Origin: Dimorphilus gyrociliatus
Taxonomy: Eukaryota > Animalia > Annelida
Assembly: GCA_904063045.1 (NCBI GenBank)
Contig: CAJFCJ010000005.1
Location: forward strand, 1,689,988 to 1,753,987
DNA length: 64,000 nucleotides
Direction of reading: 5' to 3'
Positions 1 through 12,929 of this stretch are shown piece after piece (positions within the stretch are counted from its first letter, which is position 1; each line of letters begins with the position of its first letter). Below the pieces are notes generated by a model. It worked only from the letters and a program-made list of their open reading frames with translations. It did no database searches and was not told the origin of the DNA. Made by a program: the position numbers and the translations under genes.

Positions 1-315
1 ATTTATCAAAAAAAAAAGAAAAAAAAGAAAAAAAGAAAAAGGAGAAAAAAAAAATAATTCAAGATGTAACAAGGCTGGGTGTATACGACATCATTTTTCT
101 CGCTTTATTTATCTATTTTTGTTGACCTCAACACTTATGTAGCCATCGCAGTTTTGCCTGTATGCAAATTGTGAAAGTGAACATATAGTCAATATTCGAA
201 CGTTCTATTGTATTCGCGTTTATTATAGTTTTAAAAAAAATTATAAAAAAAACTGAAATTCGAAAATACACACATTTAACATCATAGTTAAAACGATTAA
301 TAAATATGTTGTTTT

Positions 316-889
316 CTACAATTTTGCTAGAACACACAACGAAACCCCAGTTGCAACAAATCCGACGCCAATATAAGTGTCTGAAATATCGGTTAATTAA
401 TAGTTATTTATTCACCTACTAATAGGGACTACGTACTTTTCGAGCCTATATTTTCCTTTAACAAGTAACCTGAGAGTAAGGTGAAGATGAACGTCAATGA
501 ATTTGTAATTGGAACAACTAAGGAAATATCTGGAAGAAACAAATACGTTAAACTAAAAAATATAATAAAGTAAAAAATAATCAAGAGAACCTGAATTAGC
601 CAGAGCAATATAATAGAGAACTGAGCCCGATTGATTAAGCACAAATGTAACCATGTACTGTAGAGGTTATTCAAGAATTGAAAACAGAAATACAATTGAA
701 CGTTGATATTATTATTTTATTTCTTACTTTCCAATTAGAAATAAGGAATTGAAGCTCACTGAAAAACTGTGAAATACAGTTGGATTCCTGAATTTTTTCT
801 ATACCAGCACCGGCTTTCTTCATAAGGGGATTTGTGCCACCCCATAAAGCAGCGACAACACCCAACCACAGTGTTTGAGCTGTAAACAT
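316..889 (-). CDS. TMEM234: Transmembrane protein 234 (EamA-like), 4 exons
   Basis: Spliced reading gives MFTAQTLWLGVVAALWGGTNPLMKKA...YMVTFVLNQSGSVLYYIALANS-DISLVVPITNSLTFIFTLL...GVSLCVLAKL*. The LWGGTxPL, LNQxGSxLYY and VPIxNSL motifs are typical of TMEM234; introns are GT-AG. Confidence 0.92.
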
Positions 890-1960
890 AATTTGTTTCT
901 CGACGTGAAATAGATTATGCAGAGAAATGAATATTTCTTTTACCAATAAGATCAAAAGGATCCAAAACGGTTTTCTTGGCTTGCATATTTAAACTATTTT
1001 GACTTTTGTAGAATGATACAGTATATTCTATTTCCTAATCCAAGGAATTCTTAAGGAATTGTTTAAATGAGAGAGAATCAGTTGATTTAACAAACTGCCA
1101 ATGTTAACAAAGAAGCGCAAGATATTTAGTATTCTTAAATTAAAAATGTAATGGTAACTACTTAATTAGAAGGAATGCAAAATAGATTCCTCGATTATAG
1201 AGTTCTTACGAAATACGGACGGGACATCGTTCTAAAATTTTTGCTTTAGAATATAGTTTAGTCTTTCGTGACGCATGCGCGCTAAGATACGATTTAAGAT
1301 TATTAACATTCGTCTGTTGAAGATGCAATAGGGAGAAATGGCGTGACTGGTCTCTCAGTCCTGTCCCTCCACCTAGCGACGTTGAAAAGTGGAACGATAA
1401 TTTAAAAAGACTCTTAACATTTTCTACAAGGACGGAAAGCTTTTACTTGCCATCGAACGGAAGGAGAAACCTACTGAAAAGATACATTTGACATTTGTAA
1501 AAACTATAAAATCAAGAATTAGATAAAAAAAAAAACAAAGTTTTAAAAAATCTTAAGAAGTTGTCAAAATAGAAAATACTACTTCAATACAAGAAGCTAT
1601 ATATAGTTAAATAAATAATATATATAGAGAACAATTACTGATTACTTTTCTCTAATTGTTAATAGTGTTTTTAATATAAATAATGGAGAGTATATTTTAT
1701 TAAGTTTACTTGTTTTGAGGTTTTCAATTTATTATAAATATTATGCAATAATAATTTTTTGAGTAATAATTACTGGGTGTTAATATCCTTAAAAGGATAT
1801 TAAAATCTCTTTATATCTTAGAAAAGAATCTTTAATTTTGAAGATAGCTTTGTTTGAAGCCCAAGTAATATTATAGTGAGTGGGTTTAATTAATCATCCT
1901 GAGAGCTACATAGCTAATAAAGGTACAAATAGTAGAAACAAGGATGAGAAAGAAAGGGAA

Positions 1961-1982
1961 TATATATATATATATATATAGA
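1961..1982. repeat. (AT)n microsatellite
   Basis: Uninterrupted TA run; many shorter ones occur across the window. Confidence 0.85.
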
Positions 1983-2078
1983 TATTTCAGTAATTGATAA
2001 AAAGGGAAACAATATTTATATTTAACAAAAGACTTCTTTTAATGATTTATCATGTTTTTAACGTTATTCACGTTATAT

Positions 2079-3485
2079 CTATTTGACTTTCATACTCTTT
2101 ATTGCCTTCTCGTAATATCCTTGCCGAATGAAATCATCGATGTACTGAATCCTTAAAGTATCTTCCGATATTTCTGCAGCTTGCTCCAATAACCTTAAAA
2201 GAATGGAGTGATTGTTATCAGATGGTCTATAGTTAGTAATTTGTCCTCGTAGGGCTGGAGGGATATTCGTTAGCTAAGGAATAGAAGAGGGAGGGAAAAA
2301 AAACCAGGAAAAAAATTCAATTTAATTTCTGAATTCCGAGAAATGACAATCATTCTTACTAATTTGGTAGAATCATCTTGAAAGAAATAAGATATATCCT
2401 TTTTAGCCCTTTTAAAACCTTCCTTATTCAATTCCGAACAATCGAAATGATCGTAAAATTCTTGTAGATAATAAAAATGATTTTTGTGTACTTCGTATCC
2501 GTATTTTTTAGGTTGATAATCATCTATAAACTCTTTGAAAGATCTTCGTAAATCTGAAAATTAACGACATCTATTGAACTTAGACGACAACTAGATTTTC
2601 CCTTTTTTTAAAGGAAACCTTACGTCGAGTTGTAAAGATTTGTTTCATTGTATATTTTTCAAATGTTCCGTTATGGTTTCTCTTGAATTTACCATTGAAA
2701 TCGATAAAAATCCTGTAAGAGAATAGTACAAACGTGAACTAGTTTCTTTTCTAAAGTCTACAGTGGGCATAAAAAAATAAGAGACAAACCCCTTAGGCTT
2801 TAACAGACGGCAACCCTTATTATACTCATCTGTTAATTCATAAATAAGTAAAAAATCGCTATATTCCTTAGCAAGTTCGTTCTTAAGATCTTTGTACATG
2901 ACAGCTAAACGCTCATTAATGTCTTTGGGATACTATAGTCATATGAATTTATTAATATCCTATCAAACACTGTCATATACTTTTTTTATACGTGATCTGC
3001 ATGGATTTTCTTGTAATAAACATTAATTAATCTCTTCTGTATTCTCTTTCTATTGTTTTCATTTTTTTCACTAAGGTATTTTTCATATTCAATTTGAAAA
3101 GGTATTTTATCTAGGTGGAATCCTCTATCTTTCAAGAACGTTTCGAAACAATATCTGCAATCTAATTGTTAAAAATATTTGATTGTTACATCTCTTGAAA
3201 TTTCATATATTGTACTACAATAGAATTACTTAACTATATATAAAATATAGTATATAATATACCAGCGTTTCTTAAGACCTGCTTAAGAGTTGGATTATCA
3301 GGGCCAACTTGAAGGGTATATTCTGAAGAGTTGTTTCGACTTGAGTTTTATTTATAATGTAAATGAAAATAGATATATAATTATTGCTTATTCGATTAAG
3401 TAAATAATAAATAACTCCTATCTCTTTAATCTATAGAATAAAACAAAATAATAATGACAAACCTATTCGTTAAAGATGAACTCAT
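2079..3485 (-). CDS. Uncharacterised ~300-aa protein with two RGS-like repeats, about 7 exons
   Basis: Exons join in frame through GT-AG introns: ...PTLKQVLRNADCRYCFETFLKDRG...IPFQIEYEKYL... and ...YTMKQIFTTRHLRRSFKEFIDDY...TNIPPALRGQI...LLEQAAEISEDTLRIQYIDDFIRQGYY. Both resemble RGS helices (xLxxxLxxxxxRxxFxxFL; NIxxxxRxxI; final YxxF). The first-exon assignment is tentative. Confidence 0.6.
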
Positions 3486-6400
3486 TTCTCTTTTAGTATT
3501 TTTCTTAAGAAACTTTATAGAAGAAAAGAAATGCTAAACTACTATTTATAAATTGTACTAATAAAAAATTTAAAACCGTTTATGTCGTATTTATTTGCTT
3601 TTTTTTTATAAAAAAAAAAGAGAAAAACCATATTTGTTTTTATTTTTGTAAAATTTTATTCTATACTCACCGTTACAATTCATTGAAAAGAACGTTCTGT
3701 ATCCATACATATATATTTGGTCTATAAGAAATACTGTTTTCTCTTTATGCATCCATAGAAAATAATATAATGGAGCGAATATTTTTCTTTGATATACTGT
3801 TACATATTTCATATACTAAAAATCTCTTCGTAGTAAAAAAGAAATCTATTAGATAAATATATTGTTGTCCCTCTACAATATATATATATAATATATATAT
3901 ATATTAATATTCATTTTTAAGATTCCTAAATCAAATTTTACATTAAAAAAATGATTAAATAATCTTTTTTTTTCATTTACCATATCTTCTCTTCTCTCAT
4001 ACACACTCTTCTTCATATCTCTTTCCCGCTTTTTCTTCTGTCTTCTCTACTTAATTTTTTTTTCTTTTTCATCGATTATTTTCGTAGGTGACAATTTGTA
4101 GACAAAACAGTAGTTCCTGCATAAAACGTTATTACATAATATACCGTTCTTAAGTTGTCTAAAGAGGAAATACTGCATTGTTTTGTTAAACATTTGTTTA
4201 CCCAAAGTATTTATTGCAATTTATATATGTATATATATATATACCTTTTTGTAGAGTCTATCATAAGATCCTTCTCTATTGAGTAGTTTATTAGATTTCC
4301 TTTTCTTACACTAGAATTAACAAGCTAGTATTTTGTTTTCAATAAGCCTCTTTAAGATTATTCTATCACCCTTATAAATGCATAATTTAGCCTTACAAAT
4401 TAGTAAATACTATTACTAAAGGAGAGGAAAATGGACACTATGAAAGAGAAAAACTTATTTATTGAAAAAGGGTATCTTTGTTTGAGTAAAAACATAAATA
4501 ATAGACGAAAAAAACGCATTACAAGTCATTAGGAATGAATAGTTTGAAACAATATTTTTTAATAATCGAAATGTTTGAATAATTATTTTTGTTTAAAGAG
4601 AGAAATTCCCATCAATATTTTCAATTTTATCAACAAAAGTAACCTATTTTCCTCCCCCATCCGTTCAATATTTCTTCTCTTCTCTCCGTTTTTGAAATGT
4701 TTCGTCATAGATATTTCTATTGATCGTCCTCCTTTCTCTTCTTTAGGGATTTTTAATTTATGGGGAAGCAATAGAGATTGTGATTTTTCTTCAATCTGTT
4801 GAAAAAACACCGCAAAAGTTCACTTAGTGTATCCATTACATGTTTTACCAGATTAGAAAGAGGTTTGCCTTTTCTCTTTTATATATATATAAATATAAAA
4901 GGAATCTTTTATAGTAGAAATTAAAAATTCTGATATATTAGTATTATGAACGAGAATGGAAAATAAGGTCAAGGCTTTCCTAAGAGAATCTCAAAGTGAA
5001 AAATACTTAAATTTAGATACAATGATTTAATGAATAATTTGAAATAATAAGCCCAAAGTGTGAGTCGGTTTTCAATGAGTTTGAAAAATGGTCAGATTCC
5101 AGGGAAAACACACTACAAGGAATTTGATGTTTAAATTAACATATTTTCTTATGCATTTGACGATAAGAAATAAATGAGTGCAATTAAAGGTAGGGAAGAG
5201 GGAAAGGGAAAATAAATGCACATAGACAGATGGATAGAAAAGAGTAAATTGAATAAGTCAGAAGAGCTAGACAGGGAGAGACAGAAGAAAAAAACAAAGG
5301 TACCGGTCTTATCCATAAACTAATTAATTAGCTGAATCAGTGTTTGTCATGTTTCTCTATTACGTACACTTCAACAATTACTATAGATTTTACAAACGTA
5401 TACTTGTTTTTTGGAATGAAACACTTTAACACACAACTGCTCATCACGAGGCAACGGCCCACCTAGGTATGTAGTTTGCTAAATTATTTTTATAAATACA
5501 GTGTAAGCGATATTTCTCATTAACTGATTCATAAATATATATATATGTACAGTATATATACATTACATACTGTATATAAATAAAACAATGCAATCGCTAT
5601 CCATATTTATCAACTGTCAACCTTTTGTTTTATTTCCTATTGTACACATTTTCGTAGAAATTTGACCAAGAAATGTAACGGAATTTTTTTGCAAACATTA
5701 ATAATTTTTATATAGTTTTTCCTCGTATTCTCTTACCATATGAAATTGTAGTTGAGTCCTTTTCAAAAGATAATAAAAATATAAAATTTAATATTTGTTT
5801 ATCTCTATGCCTTTGGTTAATTATCCTTTGACTTTTCCTATGGAAGATCTACCTTTAATAATAATATTCTTTGTTTTATACCTCAATACTAGAATTTTTT
5901 TTTGTTACATTATTATTATTGTTTGTCATTTTTCACTGCATTGTTTGCTTATAAGATCAATATAGAGTATTAATAGTTCTTCTTACTCTTAACTCTTAAT
6001 TTCATTATACAGTGTATAGCATCTCAAAAAGAAAGTAAACTGTATTACTCTATTCTTATACACACTCTTTTCATCATATCCAATCAATCTTTGCTCTTTT
6101 GTCAATCGTGGTATATTTTGAAATTTTCCCCAGGGACGTCAGTCAATGAAGTTAATGGAATCATTTCTGAAAAGGACTGTTCCTTATACATTTCTTACTT
6201 TGCACTTAATGAAAGAACATTCTAACTGAGATAAATTATATGTACATATTTATTATTTGGAATGTTCATTCTACTTAAAGAATTTTTAATATTAGAAAGT
6301 CAACAAGATGTTAGACTTTTTTTTGTCGTTTACGAAAACAACCTCTATAAATAGCACCTAGAATTTATTCTATGAATTCAAAACTACTTTATGTTCCTTT

Positions 6401-8070
6401 AACTCTTCGTTATAGTAGATTATTAAATTGGGTAAATAGACTGTAAACTGCTCACTGAATGGGGCTTTTAATATTGCCGGTTGAAAGCTTTATATAACGC
6501 AAAAATCTCGGATATTAACCCATCATAATGAAAAGTTAAAGGAAGGGGAAACAAACGAATCACGTTTCGTCAAAGGACAAAAAACATGATAGGTAAAAAC
6601 TGACAAAATAGGAAATTTCTAGTTACTCTAGTAGAATAAATTTTTTTTTTAGCTTCTCTTTTTTTTTATAAAAAAAAATTACAAACTAATCTAACAGAGA
6701 TAAAAATATTAAAAATTACTATAAAATTACATAAAAGAAGGAATTAAATTGAATATGTCAATAAGCTATTATTATGTGTATGATTATTCTAACTATAGAG
6801 ACAAAGAAAGAATAGTATTTGCATTTAAAAATCTCTGATAAATGGTTGGAAATTAATAGCGTAATGCTTTCTCTTCATCTGTACGTTTTCCTCTCAGATT
6901 ATATAGTACTATATATTACTTATTGTTACCAACTGTAATATTACATCCTTATTCATTACGTATCTTTCCTATAATTCCAAAGCCCTAAATGTAACAAATC
7001 AGAATTGGCTTCTCTGTTTTGCATGTAATTACAGTTTTATTCATCTTGTAAAATATATAATAAATATCTATTATCCTCTATATTCCTTTTTTATACGAAT
7101 GTAAATATATCGGCAACTTTCTCTTTCTATTCCATATTAATATAATTCTTTCAGAGTCTCTCTTTAACTCCGAAAAGGATCTTTTCCCCTTTGAGATTTA
7201 ATAATGTAAAAACAATTTACTCTACTACACATTTACAATCATTTTTATGTCTGATTTATAAAAGATTTCTTAAATTTTTAAATAAAATAACGATGGGGAT
7301 TGTCCTTGTGGAATGGCTAAATGGCTAAATATTCAATAGAATTTACCAGGAATTTTAGGTTATCACTAAAATCAGAGCTGTTTAAGCTGTTTACAAGGAT
7401 AATAGTTAATGTATGGTGAGTCTAAGTTCTATCATGAATAGAAAGGATTGAACTTTATGATGTATATTTGGACAAGATCCAATTTTTTTTCTCTGAGTAA
7501 TGTTCGCGCGAAAAGTGTGAAAAAAAAATGCTCCTTTTTTAGTTCAAGAGGATTAAAATTGGAGCAAACCGGAAAGGAACATCACTCAAACAAATATCTA
7601 GTGGGGTTTTATAATTTTACGTTCCATTATCTCAATAAGTCAAGTATTTAATTCCAATTTACAAGATAATCTGTATAAAGGTTAAATCTAGTTAAATCTT
7701 TATTAATCTTATCGCATTTTCGTTTTGTTTTTTTTGTGCAAGAATAATCCACATTAAGAGTATTACATATGAAGAAAGTATACTCGAGATTCTGTACAAT
7801 CTCTCCAGAATAGCCGTTAATATAATTGTCATAGTTATTGGAACATCTGCGTCCTCCATCCTTTTTGGATACTACGAGGCGTTTATTAAAATTAGATTGT
7901 AAAAACTAGCCAATAACTAGACGGATTTTTCTTATCAAATAAATATTTTTGGATCTTTTATTACAATTTATTATTAAATATTAAGACGCAAGTTTCAATT
8001 ACTCATCAATTTGTTCGTAAATCAATTTTTTCTTTAATAATCTTCCTCCTAATCGGTAAAATCTGTTTGT

Positions 8071-8939
8071 TTATCCAACAAGTAAGCCACCTTCAATTGG
8101 TAAAAAGGCTCCATTAATCATTTTCGAGCTATCTGATAGTAGGAAAAAAATTGGGCCTACTAAATCGTCGAGTTCTGCCCAAGGAAAAAGAGGATACTGA
8201 TAAATTGTTTTTTTAGGAATTTTTTTATAACGCTTACCAACAAATCGTCCCAGTGGAATTCTTGATAGAACTGGCCCAGATACTGTAGGGTCAGACCATG
8301 CTTTCTTTCCCATGTCTGTCATGACAACTGTTGGATTAATAGAGTTTACTCGAATTTGATGCTTCCCCAATTCGATAGCCATGACTCTTGTTACTTGATC
8401 AAGCGCTCCTTTAGATGTGCAATAAGCAATATGCTTATCTAATGCCCGACTGGAAGCAACACTAGAAACATTGACAATTGATCCATCAATATTATTCTCA
8501 ATCATTCGTTTAGCTACCTGCTGACTAACATTTATAACAGCCTTCACATTTACTTCGAGAACTCTGTAGAAATAAGATTACTTTACTGAATAAATAAGTT
8601 TTGTTAAGCATAATAAATTTATTCTAACTTGTCAACACTTTCTTTGGATATAGATAAAAAGTCCTCCAGATGAGTCACACCCGCATTATTAACCAAGTAG
8701 TGGATGGGTTCTAACTTTTCTAATATCGACACAGTTTCATTCCAATTCGCTAGATCGACGCACAATGGAACTATACCGTCATTCACGGCCTTTAATTCAT
8801 TTAGCTCTTTTTCCGTTCTGCCAATTGCATAAACTTTTGCCTTAGCTTCCCCCAATGCAAGACAAATTTTGCGACCAATTCCCTTAGTTGCACCCGTAAC
8901 TAGTGCTGTCTTACCCGAGAAATCATAAGTTATTGACAT
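8071..8939 (-). CDS. DCXR: L-xylulose reductase / dicarbonyl reductase (SDR family), 3 exons
   Basis: TGATKGIG Rossmann motif, LVNNAG, YCTSKGALD (YxxxK), IRVNSINPTVVMTDMG. Introns lie at about 8557-8621 and 8176-8238. Confidence 0.92.
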
Positions 8940-9230
8940 ATTCTTTTTTTTATAGAGAGTCCCGCATTAAATGCATCATGTGACGATAAAATTGTTGCGA
9001 AACTGCAGTTCGTGAGTCATGCGCATACGGAAATTACTAGTGTCACCATCATAAAAATATAAATAAATCTCTCCTCCTAAATACTAATATATTCGAACAA
9101 AAGTGTGATTCAGCATTATTGTGCGCCATTATTGTCATATCTGATTCTAACATATCCATGGTTGCTGTGTGAGATTTTGATCATTATCATAATTTTCTGG
9201 AAAATTACAAATTTAAACATTCCATCAATT
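8940..9230. promoter_or_regulatory. Candidate bidirectional promoter between DCXR and CHMP4
   Basis: The two ATGs are head to head, 291 bp apart. The spacer contains TGAGTCA (9013-9019), CATGCGCAT (NRF1-like) and CGGAAAT (ETS-like). Confidence 0.55.
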
Positions 9231-10194
9231 ATGTCTCTTTTAACAAAATTTTTCGGAGGGAAACAAAATGAAAGTAGCATCACACCCCAAGAAGCTATAC
9301 AAAAGTTGCGAGATATTGAGGAAACATTGGAGAAGAAATCGGATTTTATTGAAAAGAAAATGGAAGATGAAATTAAGTTTGCTAAACTGAATGCACAGAA
9401 AAATAAAAGAGGTTTGTTTTTAATTTAATCTAATGAAAAATTAATCTTAATTTACAATAAATTCATCTAACTGTAATTGATGGATGTTTAATAATCATTA
9501 AGTGAACTGAACAGCTTTGAATGGTTCATAAGTTCCCAGGGTGAGACTATTAACACGAATACATTTTGTAGAGTCTCAAAACTATATCGTTTAAATTAAA
9601 GTATTTATTTTGTAAACAACATTTTTCCACCTATCTTAGCGGCTCTTCAAGCCCTGAAGAGGAAGAAACGATTAGAAAAACAGCTACAACAACTTGATGG
9701 TACACTTTCAACGATTGAATTCCAAAGGGAAGCCTTAGAGAATGCTTCCACGAACACTGCCGTTCTTAGTGCAATGGGTACTGCAGCCAAAGCACTGAAA
9801 TCTGCCCATAAAAATATGGATGTTGATAAAGTTCACGATCTGATGGATGAAGTAGTCGAACAACATGAGGTGGCTAATGAAATAGGGGAGGCAATATCTC
9901 AACCAGTCGGCTTCGGTGACGAAATTAACGAGGACGAACTAAATGACGAATTAGAGTCCTTGGTACAAGAGGACATTGACAGTCAATTTACCAATGTAGA
10001 AAGGAAAACCTCGGAATTGCCTGAAGTCCCCAACGAAAAAATACCAGTTGGTAAGTTATCGATTTATCATCAACAGCATAAAAAGAGACAAGTTAATAAT
10101 ATTTCCCTCAATGCTTTTTTTAGCCTCCTCCAAGTCAAAGTCAAAACCTGATGAGGATGACGAAATGTCACAATTGGCAGCCTGGGCTACATAA
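9231..10194 (+). CDS. CHMP4: ESCRT-III subunit Snf7/CHMP4, 3 exons
   Basis: MSLLTKFFGGK...TPQEAIQKLRDIEETLEKKSDFIEKK...ALQALKRKKRLEKQLQQLDGTLSTIEFQREALENA...MDVDKVHDLMD...DEMSQLAAWAT*. Confidence 0.95.
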
Positions 10195-11413
10195 TTTTGA
10201 ACCCATTTTTATCTCTTTTTTTCTCACTTTTGATTGAACTCATTTGGCCCAGACAAAGCAATTTCTTGTTTTGTTGTGATACTTATTTTTTGTTTGTTTT
10301 TGTTCGTTTTATCTTTTTTTTAGACATGAACGTTTTATATTTTTCTTCCGAAAGATTTTAATGAGTAATTGTGCTAATTGTTTTTTTTTAAAAAGAAAAA
10401 TAGATATACTAAGATTAATATATACAACGATAACAATAACATTGTATGTTATGTTTATATATACATTATATATGGCGAAAAAAAAAGAAGCATGATTTAG
10501 TAATTGAACGATCTCGATTTCTATATATAAAGGGAACGTAACAATCATAATACTTCCTGTTAATTTGTTTATTTTCATCCGGCTCTGAAACTTTCAAATT
10601 CACCCAACCAGGAAAAGGAGATGGACAGTAAATACTTTGCACTTTCGGAATAGGATTATTAGATTATATTTAACCCTAAACCGTATTTCAATTCTTAAAG
10701 TAAAGCGGGAAAAAGAGAAGGGTGAAGGAGGAGAACGAAAATGTTTACTGATTTATGTCTCGTTTTGAGTAAAAATTGAAAGAACAAAGAGGAAGTTGAG
10801 CGGAAGAGGTTGAAATTCGGCGTAAGGAAACCATTAAGGATGAAAGAGGGGAAAGATATAATACGTAAAAATTAAAATGAAACGACTAAATGAGCGAATC
10901 CATCAGGATAAAGCTGAACGTAGACCAACTTCTCGCTCTTCGTTGAAGAATTTGTTTGTTTTTTTTTTGTTATAGGAAAAAGACTCTCCGCCAAACAGAA
11001 ATCCTTTAGCCACAATATCTCTCTAACCATAGAGAAATTGTCTGATATCAGGGGCAAGTTCCTTGCACCTTCGCTATTCTCACGAGCAAAAGAACAGATA
11101 TTGAAAATAGGTCATATACTTCATATATTCATTTTAGAATAATTTATACAAAATAGAAATTTTGTCTAATAGAACTTATTTTATTGTTAACAAGAGAAAA
11201 AAAAATAAGTATAAAGAATGAAACAACTTTTTGTCAGTTGTGGACCGAAAGCTAACGCCATCTTAAATCCACAAATTACCACATTTGTGGACAAACTTAA
11301 GGTAAACAATATATTGTAACACAATTATATATTGTCATTAATACTTTGAGTTTTATTTTCTGACTTTTATTTTCTTTGCACGGCAGTATTAATTTTATGA
11401 ATAATTTCAACCA

Positions 11414-12526
11414 CTAATGTTTTGCATGATTATTCACTTGAACCATCCCCATATCTGCTCTGCTTGGAGCAGTATTTGCCCGGATATAATCTGGATTGTT
11501 AGTACATGGAGGTGAGACGAGAAGTTGCCTAAATTTCCGACTAGTAATTACGTATATGAGAAAGTTAACAGAAGAATTAAAAATAGCCAGTAAGTCACCG
11601 ATTGCCGTGTAATAATACAACTGATCTCCGCAACTGGGGCTTCCAAGTATAGTCCATAGAATACGATCTACAAAAGTTGGAGTTTGACAGGCTATGAATA
11701 CACAGATGACAACTACCAAAACCAAAGTCATATCTTGCTGATAGCTGCTCTTCCCCATCTCGTTTCTCTTTTGAGCTCTCTTTTTTAACGCCTTTATCAA
11801 ATTGACGTTGAGAAAAGTTAAAGAGGCTAGTGGACCTCCCAGCATAATTAGAAAGTACAGTAAATTAGAATATAATATTCCATATAATTTATTCTGTGCC
11901 AAACTGCTCATTTCAAACGTGGTGACAAGTTTACCCTCGCTGCATACATCACGTAGATCGAATTCGAAGAATCTAGGTATATTATATAGGACGGCTATAA
12001 TAATAATATAAGCCACTTGCTTTCTGGCCTGTTCCAAGGAGCAGATTTCTGCAGATTTGAAAGGTTTGCAGACAGCTATATAACGGTTAAAGCTAACTAG
12101 AACAGTTAGAAAAACTGTTCCCGTTAAGCCCATATTGTAACAAGCCCAAATGTAGGGCATAATTTTTGGATACAGTTCGAAATACGACTCTAACCATCCT
12201 CCATATAAGTAGGCAGGTGTGAGACTATATAAGGGAAAGGCTGTCGCTAGCACCAGACAATCTGCAACGGCCAATGCCTGGAGTAGAAAGCTGGTTGCGC
12301 TTTTACTTTTTGCTCCGTCTCGCCAAAGAACGCTAAACGATATGACGTTCCCGAGGAATCCGAGAATGCAAAATAATCCTGATGCGACTGTATATACAAT
12401 AAAATCGAACAAACTACAGTCTTCAGTGACTCCCGCCGAACTGTTTGTCGAACAATTTATTGTTGTGGAATTGAATGATATCTGAAATTGATGAATGGGG
12501 AATGAACTCATAAGCCAATTAAACAC
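11414..12526 (-). CDS. Rhodopsin-family peptide GPCR (FMRFamide/sex-peptide-receptor-like), single coding exon
   Basis: Seven hydrophobic segments; GN in TM1, LAVAD in TM2, NRYIAVCKPF (DRY variant), YNIPRFFE, CQTP in TM6, NSSVNFLIY in TM7. Confidence 0.9.
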   Translation of the reverse strand: MFNWLMSSFPIHQFQISFNSTTINCSTNSSAGVTEDCSLFDFIVYTVASGLFCILGFLGNVISFSVLWRDGAKSKSATSFLLQALAVADCLVLATAFPLYSLTPAYLYGGWLESYFELYPKIMPYIWACYNMGLTGTVFLTVLVSFNRYIAVCKPFKSAEICSLEQARKQVAYIIIIAVLYNIPRFFEFDLRDVCSEGKLVTTFEMSSLAQNKLYGILYSNLLYFLIMLGGPLASLTFLNVNLIKALKKRAQKRNEMGKSSYQQDMTLVLVVVICVFIACQTPTFVDRILWTILGSPSCGDQLYYYTAIGDLLAIFNSSVNFLIYVITSRKFRQLLVSPPCTNNPDYIRANTAPSRADMGMVQVNNHAKH

Positions 12527-12889
12527 ATTCTGACAATAAGTTTGCCTTCATTTTACATTATTATTCGTTATGTATTTAACAATAAAAAGGGTGCGTTTAT
12601 ACAATTTACGTACATATAAATATATTAATATATATAAAAGCACAAGACATGAATTGTAAGTAGGCACCTACTGCTCTCTTATAATTGCTTCGAACGACGA
12701 GGTAATATTCGAGGGTTAAAGGTTTTGGGAAAACAAATATTATTCGAATTTTGCTTACATTCCAGTACAAAAATTTATCCAAGGATCTCTTTCTTTCATA
12801 AATTTTTACAGCATTTCTGTGCAGCGTGTGTAAAATTTTTTTTCTTTTTTTCAGTGTATCTTTTTTCTTTCTTTTCTCACTCTCTCGCG

Positions 12890-12895
<6 letters not shown>

Positions 12896-12926
<31 letters not shown>
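12896..12926. repeat. (CT)n microsatellite
   Basis: Perfect CT run; it explains the spurious ERERER and LSLSLS ORFs here. Confidence 0.9.

Positions 12927-12929
<3 letters not shown>

Noticed and set aside
10671-10680. TAACCCTAA telomerase-template-like 9-mer
   Set aside because: About one such match is expected by chance in 64 kb of AT-rich DNA on both strands, and no convincing pseudoknot or CR4/5 lies nearby.
10560-11110. Purine-rich stretch with a 61-aa ORF between CHMP4 and the GPCR
   Set aside because: No recognisable motif or consistent splice signals; probably UTR or intergenic.
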